Shown: in pieces, positions 1 to 9,088 of the stretch
How the letters are laid out: each line of letters starts with the position of its first letter
Numbering within the stretch: position 1 is the first letter of the stretch
Notes under the pieces: model-generated
The model's database searches: none
The model's input: only the letters and a program-made list of their open reading frames with translations
Told to the model about the DNA's origin: nothing
Program-made: the position numbers and the translations under genes
From: an uncultured Chthonomonadaceae bacterium
GTDB taxonomy: Bacteria; Armatimonadota; Chthonomonadetes; Chthonomonadales; Chthonomonadaceae
Length of the DNA: 64,000 nucleotides
Assembly (NCBI GenBank): GCA_963817895.1
Contig: CAWFQB010000006.1
Coordinates: 64,001 to 128,000, forward strand
Direction of reading: 5' to 3'

Positions 1-2
1 AT

Positions 3-914
3 GTAGAACTCCTGAACATTCAGCATCTGCCGGAGCATCTCGTGGTGTTAGGCGGCGGCTACGTAGGGCTGGAATTCGCGCAGGCGATGCGTCGCTTCGG
101 GAGCCGGGTGACGCTGATCCATCCCGGCAAACAGCTTCTCGACCGCGAAGACTCGGATGTCGCGGACGCGCTCTTGCAGTTGATGAAAGACGACGGCATC
201 ACGATTCTGCTGGAGACAGACCTGCGAAGCGTGACCGGCCGCTCCGGCGTACAAGTGCAGCTTCGCGTACAAACAGGAAGCGTAGCCTACATAATTGAAG
301 CGACGGACATTTTGTTAGCAACAGGCAGAACACCTAATACCGATACGCTGGACGTGGAAAAGGCAGGCATTGCTCTGGATACGCGCGGCCATATTCGTGT
401 CAACGACAGGCTGCAAACAACCGCCCCGGAGGTATGGGCAATGGGAGACTGCGCAGGAACGCCGCACTTCACCCATGCCGCCTACGACGACTTTCGCATT
501 ATTCGCGACAACCTTAATGGGGGGCAACGTACTACGCGGGATCGTCTCATCCCGTATTGCCTGTTCACCGACCCGGAATTGGCGCATGTGGGTTTGAACG
601 AAACCCAAGCGACTTCCAAAAGTATCTCTTATCGCCTGGCGAAGATGTCCATGTCGGCAATACTCCGCACCCGTACCGTTTCCGAGCCGCGCGGTTTCAT
701 CAAGGCGTTGGTTGGGGACGATGACCGTATTATCGGATGCACCGTGTTTGGCCTGGAGGCCACTGAAATCGTAGCGACCGTTCAGGCGGCAATGCTCGGC
801 GGTATGGCCTATACGACGCTGAGTAGTGGGATATTCACGCACCCGACGGTTTCCGAAGGATTGACAATGTTGTTTGGAACCATGCCTCCCTCCCACATAG
901 CGAGTGCCTTGTGA
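3..914 (+). CDS. FAD-dependent pyridine nucleotide-disulfide oxidoreductase (MerA/RclA/Lpd-like), 5' end outside window
   Basis: GGGYVGLE NAD-binding motif, ATGRTPN, WAMGD, and C-terminal dimerisation domain ending in FTHPTVSE; frame is open to the window edge. Confidence 0.9.
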   Translation, partial: VELLNIQHLPEHLVVLGGGYVGLEFAQAMRRFGSRVTLIHPGKQLLDREDSDVADALLQLMKDDGITILLETDLRSVTGRSGVQVQLRVQTGSVAYIIEATDILLATGRTPNTDTLDVEKAGIALDTRGHIRVNDRLQTTAPEVWAMGDCAGTPHFTHAAYDDFRIIRDNLNGGQRTTRDRLIPYCLFTDPELAHVGLNETQATSKSISYRLAKMSMSAILRTRTVSEPRGFIKALVGDDDRIIGCTVFGLEATEIVATVQAAMLGGMAYTTLSSGIFTHPTVSEGLTMLFGTMPPSHIASAL

Positions 915-984
915 ACATAACCAGAGCAAAAACAGCGAGCGGACGGCGTTTTTGCCCCTGTTTTGTTCAGGAAAGTGGTAAAGC

Positions 985-3628
985 GTGAATCAAATGGAAA
1001 GAACCCTTACGTTTCTGTTTACCGACATAGAGGGCAGCGCGAAGCTATGGGAGGAGTATCCCGAAACCATGCCGTCCGCTCTTGCCCGCCATGACGCGCT
1101 GGTATGCCAGGCCGTCGAGACACACGGCGGCCATGTTTTTAAGACGGTCGGAGATGGCATTTACGCGGCTTTCGCCACAGCCCCGGACGCCCTTGCCGCT
1201 GCCCTTGCCGTACAAAAAGCGATATGTTCCGAGGCATGGCCGCTTCCTATGCGCGTTCGCATAGCCTTGCATACCGGCGTGGTTAAACAGCGCGGAGATG
1301 ACTATTTCGGCGCTCCCCTCAACCGCGTTTCCCGCCTCGTGTCTCTCGGATATGGCGGGCAGATTCTGCTGTCTGCCGCCACACAGGAATTGACGCGGGA
1401 TACTCTGCCTCTGCAATCAGGCCTGCGCTATCTGGGAGAGGTCCGGCTCCGCGATCTGGCGCGTTCCGAACATGTGTTTCAACTGCTCCATGCCGAATTG
1501 CCGGCCGATTTTCCGCCGCTAAAATCGTTCGCCAATCCTGACGCTCCCCATAACCTTCCCCGGCAGGTCACAGCGCTGATCGGGCGCGAAAAAGAGAGCG
1601 CGGAAGTCTTTCGACTGCTACAAACGTGTCCTTTGCTGACGCTGACGGGCGCGGGGGGCTGCGGTAAGACACGTCTCGCCTTGCAGGTCGCCGCCGAAAC
1701 GCTTTCAGACTGCTGCGATGGCGTCTGGTTTATCGAACTTGCGCCGCTGTCCGATGGGCATCTTGTCCTGCAGACCATCGCTGCAGATTCTAAATGTTCA
1801 GGAAGAGGCCGGAAAATCGCTTTTGCAATCCGTTATTGAGCGGCTGAGAACGAAAAAAATGGTTTTGGCGCTGGACAATTGCGAACACCTTCTCGTCGCG
1901 GTTGCGACGCTTGCAGATGCGCTGCTCCATGCCCTGCCGCGCCTGCGTATCCTTGCCACCAGTCGCGAAGCTCTGGCAATCGCCGGTGAAACGATTTACC
2001 GCGTTCCGTCGCTTTCGCTTCCCGACCCGAATGACACCCCAACGCCGGGAAGCCTTGCGCAATGTGAAGCGGCACAACTGTTTATGGCTCGCGCCCGCGC
2101 TGCTGCGCCCACCTTCACCGTCACCAACGCCAACGCGCCTGCCATCGCCGCCATTTGTCATCGGTTAGACGGCATTCCGCTGGCCCTTGAACTCGCCGCC
2201 GCCCGCTCCCGTTCCATGCCCATTGAACAAATCTCCGCGCGCCTTAACAACCGCTTTCAACTGCTCATCGGCGGCAGCCGCGCAGCGTTGCTCCGCCAGC
2301 AGACCCTCCGCGCGCTTATAGATTGGTCGTTCGATCTGCTCACCGGGGCAGAACAAGAGCTATTATGCCGCCTGTCGGTCTTTTCCGGTGGCTGGACGCT
2401 GGAAGCGGCGGAAGCGATTTGCGGCAATGACGGCCTGGAAGAGCGGGACATTCTCGATCTGCTGACCTCGCATGTCGATAAGTCGCTGGTCGTTTATGCA
2501 GAGCGAGAGGGCGCGGCGCGGTATCGGTTGTTGGAAACGATGCGGCAATATGCGGGCGACCGATTGACTGAACGCGGCAGCGATCAATCCGCGCAAATTC
2601 GCCATCGCGATTATTACCTGACGCTGGCGAAACAATCTTTCCCGCAGGGCAAAGACGCGCCCCGTAATCTTGCCCTTCTGGAAACCGAACACGATAACAT
2701 CCGCGCAGCATTATCCGCCTCATTTAGCGATCCGGCAAGCGTGGAACAGATGCTGGAGAGCCTCGTGCCTATCAGCACATTCCGCAGAATTCGCGGCTAC
2801 TATAGCGAAGCGCGAGATAGTCTACAGGCGGCGCTGACGGCGGAAGGAAAAGGCCGCACGACGGCGCGAGCAGGGGCTTTAAGTTCGGCGGTATTGGTCA
2901 ATATGGCGCTTGGCAATTATGACGAAGCGCGCCGACAGAGCGAGGAAAGCGTGGCAATCCAACGCGAACAGGACGAGCCGCTGACGTTTGCCGACGCGCT
3001 GATGAGTCACGGCAATCTCCTCATCGAAATGTGCCATTTTACGGAGGGGCGGCGTCTGCTGGAAGAGGGGCTGGAAATCCACCTGGCGCATGGTGGTTCC
3101 GGCATGGGCTTCTACGGCAATCTTGGGAATGCGCTCATCTATCTGGGGGAATACGACCAGGCGGAGCCTTTGCTGCAAAAACATATTTTGTTGTGCCAAC
3201 AGGTGGGAATGCAGGAATGGGAATCTGTGGGAAGACATAATCTGGGACGTATAGCGCTTGCGCGCGCTGATTACGACACAGCCCATCATTGTTTGCAGCG
3301 AAGCCTGGAAATTAGCTGCTCGTTAAATTACAGGACAGCGCTGCCTTACGTTTTTTTGAGTTGCTCCATGCTTGCTGCCGCCCTGAACCAGACGGAACGC
3401 GCCTGCCGCTTGCTCGGCGCGCACGATGTTTTGAATGAACGTATGGGATCACGTATTCCGCCCGCCGATCAGCCGGACTATGACCGCCATCGCGCTGCCC
3501 TCAGTTCCGCGCTCGGGGCCGACGCGTTTGGCTCGGATTATGATGCCGGTCGTAGGCTGGATTGGTTGCAGGCAATTACACTGGCAGCGGAAGACACCAT
3601 CTGTTCCGAATGTTTGCCTCCTGTTTAA
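985..3628 (+). CDS. Class III adenylate/guanylate cyclase - STAND-type ATPase - TPR protein (one frameshift near 1785)
   Basis: FLFTDIEGS, KTVGDG and NRVSRL cyclase motifs; GAGGCGKT Walker A; LDNCEH; LDGIPLALELAAAR; TPR-like C-terminus; ORFs 985-1839 and 1718-3628 join into one continuous domain architecture. Confidence 0.88.
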
Positions 3629-4017
3629 CCTTCCATTTTTTGCACAATCCGGCAGTAGTGAAGGGGTTGGTCATTGCTACTGACAACAACGAGCAGCGCA
3701 ATGCAGATGTAGCAGCGGGCATAGACAACACGCCTTCCTCTTCCACGCTGGTATGACTACATTTTTGCGCGACATTTGTCAGATCGTTCAAAAAGTCCCC
3801 TGCGTCTGCTCGCGCCGTCTGTAAACAAATCGTGTGCCTAAGGGTTTAGAATTTTGGGGTGGCAGATACTTATCCTGTTGGCATGAGTGGAAAAGTTAAT
3901 AGTAGTGTGACGGACGCTTCACTTGCAGCAGGAAGTACGCTGTTTAATAGTGAAGTAAACACCACCTGAAACCTTAGAACCCTGAAAACTTAAACCCCTA
4001 TCCCCGGAGGTCCTGAC

Positions 4018-4770
4018 ATGATTCCCACGATTACCGACGCGCAGAAGCGGCAACTGGAAACCGATGGCTATTTTCTGCTTGAAAATGTGTTTACCGAAGA
4101 CGAAATGAACACGCTGGCGACGCAAATCGAAGCGCATCAGAAGCGACACGAGGAGCGCATTGCCGCGAAGGGCGGAACGGAGGGCATTTCGCGCGCGAAG
4201 GAGATTTCCTTTACTCCGTTTCTGGCGGAACAGGATGCGGATGTCCGCGCCTTTGCCACTCGCCCCGAATTCGTTGCCATCGCTACCGAATTACTGGGGC
4301 CGGATATTGACCTGTACTGGAATCAGGCCGTGTTCAAAGAGCCGGAGGGCGAAAAGGAGTTTCCCTGGCATCAGGACGATGGCTATACGCCCGTTTCGCC
4401 CTCCCCGTATCTGACGCTGTGGCTCGCGCTCAACGACGCGACGGAAGCAAACGGGTGTATCTGGGTTCTCCCCGGTTCACATAAAAACGGCGTCGTGGAA
4501 CACAAACCCTCGCCCATTGGTCTTATCTGCCACTCCTCGGATGATCCTGACCAGGGCATTCCGATTCCTGTCAAAGCCGGCTCTATGGGCGTGTTTTATT
4601 CCCTGACGATGCACAAAAGCGGCATCAATCGCTCGCAGGGTTCGCGCAAAGCCTACATCCTCCAGTACAGCCACGCCGAATTGAAAAACCTGCGCACAGG
4701 GGAAGTGCTGAAAGACAAAATTCCCGTCGCCCGCAACAGCAAGGCGGCGGAGTTGGTAAACGTTGACTGA
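4018..4770 (+). CDS. Phytanoyl-CoA dioxygenase (PhyH) family Fe(II)/2OG dioxygenase
   Basis: FPWHQD (HxD), WLALNDAT..NGC..VLPGSH, distal H (MHKS) and R (SRKA); GGAGG RBS. Confidence 0.9.
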   Translation: MIPTITDAQKRQLETDGYFLLENVFTEDEMNTLATQIEAHQKRHEERIAAKGGTEGISRAKEISFTPFLAEQDADVRAFATRPEFVAIATELLGPDIDLYWNQAVFKEPEGEKEFPWHQDDGYTPVSPSPYLTLWLALNDATEANGCIWVLPGSHKNGVVEHKPSPIGLICHSSDDPDQGIPIPVKAGSMGVFYSLTMHKSGINRSQGSRKAYILQYSHAELKNLRTGEVLKDKIPVARNSKAAELVNVD

Positions 4771-4992
4771 CAAATCGCGCATTAACACGGCAGGCGCATA
4801 AGAGTTACCAATTATTGTGAAATCATGCAGGCAGAGCAATGGCGCATCAAGATATTGCGACATGATGAAATGCTTGCGAACGGTTGTCAATGACCGATAC
4901 ATTTTTAAGTTGTAGTCGTCTGCGGTAAGTGTCGTCTTCCGTTTGTCCACTGCCGGTCTGTGCGCAGGCCGGGTGTCAGGGAGGTGCTTCCA

Positions 4993-5916
4993 ATGCGAAC
5001 GTTCCGATTAATGTCCGTCCGTATCCGCCTTGCCCGCTGTTCCCGCGCCGCGATGTGGTGCGCTCTCAGTCTTTGCGCTATGCCGCTCAACGCCCACGCG
5101 CAGCAATCGCCGTCTGTTCCCGTGCTGCGCGCTGTGCCGCTGATAGGCCTGTTGTTTACCACGCCGCCGATTGCGAAAGCGCCGGTTGCAAAAGTGCCGG
5201 TACTTAGCGACCTGCCCATTATCGGCAGGCTGTATCGCGTGGAACCGAAAACGCCCGCGCAGCCGAAAGTGGCAGGCAGTCAGGATTCCAGTGGGCAGAT
5301 TGTCAGCCTTGAGGCCAAAAGCGCTACGCTCGGACAGGTCATCGAATTGCTGATGGATCAGGCGCATCTCAGTTACACGCTCGATCCCACTCTGGAAAAA
5401 ATTCCGGTCGGCAGCCTGAAACTGCGCAAAGTGCCGTTCGAGATCGCGCTGCGAACGCTTCTGAAAAGCGCGGCGGGACGCGCCACGTATACCTTTGAAG
5501 ACGGCATCTACCGCATTCTGCCGCATGAGAACCTGGACGTGGAACATCACAACTCTGTCGTACCCAATCCCGCTATCCCCGTAGTACCGGCAGGAGACGA
5601 TGCCAAAGCAGGCGTAGAAGTGTCGGACACCCCCTTTTTAGACGCGGGAAAAAAAGTCAATCTTGAACTTGACAACGTTCCGCTGTCCTTAGCGTTGAAA
5701 CTTCTGTTTGCTCAGGCCAAAATCAACCATACAATCGTGGTTGATCCAACGCTGCTCAACGGCCATATCACAGCGCATCTAAAAAATCTGGACGCGCGTT
5801 CTGCTCTGGAGCAACTGCTTAAATCCGCCGGAACCGGGTTTACATATCGCGTGGACAATGGCGTGTATCAAATCGTTGCCAGACCGAAGGACAATCCCGA
5901 AGGCGCAAAGCCGTAA
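4993..5916 (+). CDS. Exported protein with two secretin/TonB short N-terminal (STN/N0-like) domains
   Basis: Signal peptide (AHA-Q); two repeats of V(S/N)LE....L...L..L..QA..Y.......L......AL..LL.....TY..EDG(I/V)Y.I; GGAGGT RBS before ATG 4993. Confidence 0.65.
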   Translation: MRTFRLMSVRIRLARCSRAAMWCALSLCAMPLNAHAQQSPSVPVLRAVPLIGLLFTTPPIAKAPVAKVPVLSDLPIIGRLYRVEPKTPAQPKVAGSQDSSGQIVSLEAKSATLGQVIELLMDQAHLSYTLDPTLEKIPVGSLKLRKVPFEIALRTLLKSAAGRATYTFEDGIYRILPHENLDVEHHNSVVPNPAIPVVPAGDDAKAGVEVSDTPFLDAGKKVNLELDNVPLSLALKLLFAQAKINHTIVVDPTLLNGHITAHLKNLDARSALEQLLKSAGTGFTYRVDNGVYQIVARPKDNPEGAKP

Positions 5917-6019
5917 CAAAAAGGCTGCGAACGATGTAACTCTATCGCGGCAGTCAACGTCCAATCTTCGGCAGGCGAATACATCGCTGCCGGAGATTTC
6001 TTTTTGTGGGAGCCAATTC

Positions 6020-6763
6020 ATGTTTTTCAGAATTTCGCAATGCCGAGAAACGGCCCGACTGCGTTTTGCCGCGTTTTGCCTGCCTGCGGTTCTGGCAGGG
6101 GAACTGATGGCCGGTTTGCCCGCGCAGGCGCAGGAGGGGGCGGGCGCGTCCAACTCGCCCGCGTCGCCGATGGCAAAGGCCGTCACGGTAGACGCCGAAA
6201 ACGCCACTCTCGCCAGCGTGATTACCACGCTGATGCAGAGTGTCGGCGCGAACTACACGCTCGACAACAGCCTGCGAACCATTCGCGTCACCGCCCACCT
6301 GCATAACATTCGCCTTGACATCGCGCTGAATGTGCTGCTGCGCAACGCGAACCCGCCGATTACCTACAAATACGAAGACAGCGTGTACAGTTTCTTTCCG
6401 AAAGTGGAGCCGCCCGCGCCGGAAATCGTCGGCTCGGCGAATGAGGGGCTGCCTGTATTGAGCGGCCTGAGACACATTCAAGTAGTGCGCTCTAACTTTA
6501 TGGATGCGGCGGTACTGGCGCAAATTCTGGGCGGCATTCCCATCCGCGCGCCCGAAGGACAGACGTATGGACTGGTGGACCCCGCTAAACTGAACGGGGC
6601 CATTTCGACACCTCTGAACGGCGGCGCGAATGGCGGCAGCGCGGGGGCAGGCGGAAGCGTACAGGGCGGCAACAACCCCGCCGGGGGCAACGGCCAGAAC
6701 AGCGCGCTTCCCGCCAACCTGTTCGACTACATCTGGATCGTCAACGCGGGCGCGTATCGCTGA
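6020..6763 (+). CDS. Exported STN/secretin N-domain protein with Gly-rich tail
   Basis: Signal peptide (AQA-Q), STN-like domain VTVDAENATLASVITTLM...ITYKYEDSVY, N1-like segment QVVRSNFMDAAVLAQIL. Confidence 0.6.
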   Translation: MFFRISQCRETARLRFAAFCLPAVLAGELMAGLPAQAQEGAGASNSPASPMAKAVTVDAENATLASVITTLMQSVGANYTLDNSLRTIRVTAHLHNIRLDIALNVLLRNANPPITYKYEDSVYSFFPKVEPPAPEIVGSANEGLPVLSGLRHIQVVRSNFMDAAVLAQILGGIPIRAPEGQTYGLVDPAKLNGAISTPLNGGANGGSAGAGGSVQGGNNPAGGNGQNSALPANLFDYIWIVNAGAYR

Positions 6764-6788
6764 CACCATTTCGGCTGAAAACAACGGG

Positions 6789-6870
6789 GTAGGGGCGCTG
6801 CTTGCCGCGCCCTCTGCGAACTTGCAAAGGGCGCGGCGCAAACTTACAAGGGGCGCTGCTTGCCGCGCCC
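6789..6870. repeat. GTAG-family REP-like palindromic cluster
   Basis: GTAGGGGCGCTGCTTGCCGCGCCC at 6789-6812, partial inverted unit GGGCGCGGC, second direct copy at 6850-6870; lies between convergent genes. Confidence 0.7.
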
Positions 6871-6898
6871 GTGCAAACTTGGCCGAAGGATAGTGCGG

Positions 6899-8065
6899 CT
6901 AATGGTTTTCGATGGGGACAGTAGCCGCGTTTCGGCGCAACACGACCTCGATCTTCGCCTTCTGGTAATCCGTGGGAACCTGAAACAGCGCGTCATCTAA
7001 GGGGGCTTCCGTAATGGACTTGACCTGCATCGTTATGGTCATGGTTTTGCGGCCCCCACCGCCGTAAGCGCCTCCGTAACTGCCGCCCGTACCGCCCGGA
7101 GACAGGCGCGTGGTGACAATCGTAGACAGAGGAACGCATTTCAGTTTGTTGATTTTGTCGCAAATCGACTTCAAAACGGCTGTGTCGGGAAGGGTTCCCT
7201 GTAGCAGCGGGAGCAGCGGGCTTTTGACTCCACCCGGCCATGCGGCGGCATCCGCCAGCCACAAATCACCCTGCATTTCGGAAGTCGGCAATGCCCTGCC
7301 TGCACCAGAACGCCCCCCGCCCTGTGGTCCACCGCCGCCCTGACCGCCGCCATCGGGGTAGCCACCACCGCCGCCACCGCCGTATCCTCCACCTCCACCT
7401 CGTCCGCCTCGCCCGCCCCTGCGTCCGCCCCCACTGCCGCCCATTCCGCCCCCGCCACCCCCTCTTGAAGGCGCTTCCATGCTGACGCGATCCGTGGCGT
7501 CAAGCGTGTATTTCAGCGTGTTGATGTCGTTGACGGTATGCTGCAAACCGGTCTTTTCCACATCTACTTTGGTATCCCGGCGCATACCTTCCGGCAGAAC
7601 TTCGGAAATAGGCAACAGGAAAGGCGACTGCGCGGGCGCGTCCAGCGCGTTCAGCCATTTGAAAACGTCTTTTGTACCCACGACGCTGTAGGTTTTCTGC
7701 GTGGGATTGAGGGCGTAGACTTTGCCCGCCGCGCTGTCATAAAGCATGACCAGCCCGCCTGCTGTTTCCCGACGCGCCATGCCGCCTTTGTAGTAGATAG
7801 TCACGGTTTGAACCGGGGTTTGCGATCCCGGCGGGGAGGGTTCCCCATCCGTAGACGGGTTCTGCGGCGGGCCAGACGGAGGCTGCGCGGGATCGGAAGG
7901 ACCGCCCACACCGGATACGGATAGCTCTGTGACAACTTTCACGTCTGCCCATACGGGTCGGTTTGCCGCGCACATCAGGATTGCGCCCGTGAGGAGCAGG
8001 GGAGTATAACAGCCTGAAAAGACTGCCAGGCGCTTGACTTCGCGCCTCATTCTGAATGTTTGCAT
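6899..8065 (-). CDS. Exported DUF4412-like protein with Gly/Arg-rich insert
   Basis: Signal peptide (VWA-D), TIYYKGGMARRE, ALNPTQKTY, C-terminal SITEAPLDDALFQVPTDY typical of DUF4412-like proteins. Confidence 0.55.
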   Translation of the reverse strand: MQTFRMRREVKRLAVFSGCYTPLLLTGAILMCAANRPVWADVKVVTELSVSGVGGPSDPAQPPSGPPQNPSTDGEPSPPGSQTPVQTVTIYYKGGMARRETAGGLVMLYDSAAGKVYALNPTQKTYSVVGTKDVFKWLNALDAPAQSPFLLPISEVLPEGMRRDTKVDVEKTGLQHTVNDINTLKYTLDATDRVSMEAPSRGGGGGGMGGSGGGRRGGRGGRGGGGGYGGGGGGGYPDGGGQGGGGPQGGGRSGAGRALPTSEMQGDLWLADAAAWPGGVKSPLLPLLQGTLPDTAVLKSICDKINKLKCVPLSTIVTTRLSPGGTGGSYGGAYGGGGRKTMTITMQVKSITEAPLDDALFQVPTDYQKAKIEVVLRRNAATVPIENH

Positions 8066-8313
8066 GTTTCTTTCTGTCCATTTCGCTTGAATGTATGCCG
8101 CCAACAGGGGGAATACGAATCTGACGCCTGCTGTTGAGGTTAGTAACGGTAAATGTGGTTACAGGCAGACACGACTGGCGCGTCTGTAAAAGCGGAGTGG
8201 AAAAAGGGTAAATCTTCACGCCGGAATTGCCAACAATGCGGAAAGAGGCAGTTGATGGGCATCTGCTTCTTGACCCTGTTACACGGTGTAACAGTACCGC
8301 ACAGGAGGGCAAC

Positions 8314-8907
8314 ATGAGTGATTTAAGCATCAGCAATGCGCAACTGGTTTTGAACAATAACGCCACAACGGGCGTACAAAGTGTGGGAACCACGACGGAC
8401 TCCTCTCCGGACAGCAGCCTGGCGTCTGCCATTTCTTCCGGCAGCAGTACCACGCAGGCGGCGTCGGTTGACATTTCCAAACCGGGAGAGTTGTTCAGCA
8501 AATTGCAAAAGCTGAAAGCGCAGGACCCGGACAAGTACAAGCAGGTGGTTTCCGATCTCGCCGACAAACTCAAAACGGCGGCAAGCAGCGCGACCGGCAA
8601 GGATCAGGAGGTTCTGAACAATCTGGCCTCCAAATTTCAGGACGCGGCAAACGGGGGCGATTTGACGCTCGGCCCGCCCGCGAACGGCGCAGGCAGTCCA
8701 AAGGGCGCGGCAGCCGCCTACGCGCAGAACAGTTCCTCAACACAGCAGGGGCTGTCGGGCGTGGGGCATCACAAAGGCGGGCATCATCATCAGCCGAGCG
8801 CGGCTGTTCAGCAGGCGTTCAAGAGCATCTCGGGTGAAGTGGACACTGCGCTTGGAGCGACCTCCGACAGCAGCAGCCAGTCTGCCACCACTGCCGTAGC
8901 AGCTTAG
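8314..8907 (+). CDS. Hypothetical low-complexity (Ser/Ala/Gln-rich) protein
   Basis: AGGAGG RBS before ATG 8314; helical core SVDISKPGELFSKLQKLKAQDPDKYKQV; His-rich patch. Confidence 0.65.
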   Translation: MSDLSISNAQLVLNNNATTGVQSVGTTTDSSPDSSLASAISSGSSTTQAASVDISKPGELFSKLQKLKAQDPDKYKQVVSDLADKLKTAASSATGKDQEVLNNLASKFQDAANGGDLTLGPPANGAGSPKGAAAAYAQNSSSTQQGLSGVGHHKGGHHHQPSAAVQQAFKSISGEVDTALGATSDSSSQSATTAVAA

Positions 8908-9008
8908 AGCCTATCCCAACAGGCGATTGCATTTGCGTCCGAAGGACGCTTGGCCGCAGGCCACTCAGACGGGTACGTTCTTTGTACCCGGCCTATTGGG
9001 ATAGGCTC
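8907..9008. mobile_element. 102-bp MITE, copy 1 (IS5-like TIRs GAGCCTATCCCAA, TTA target duplication)
   Basis: 18-bp terminal inverted repeats with 1 mismatch; TTA at 8904-8906 and 9009-9011; near-identical copy at 49399-49500. Confidence 0.85.
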
Positions 9009-9013
9009 TTAGA

Positions 9014-9088
9014 GGTTCATAGTTGATAGTTGATAGTTCCTGAATTTTCTATCAACTATCAACTATCAACTATCAACTTCTCAACTCC
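9014..9088. repeat. Inverted heptamer tandem-repeat element (AGTTGAT)n / (CTATCAA)n
   Basis: AGTTGAT x2-3, short spacer, CTATCAA x4. Confidence 0.9.

Noticed and set aside
3..914. Mercuric reductase merA
   Set aside because: No C-terminal Cys-Cys pair and no mer genes nearby; only the family can be assigned.
8209..8236. Sigma28 promoter and FlgM-like identity for the 8314 gene
   Set aside because: TAAA-N16-GCCAACAA deviates in spacing and sequence, and the protein is much longer than FlgM; support is insufficient.
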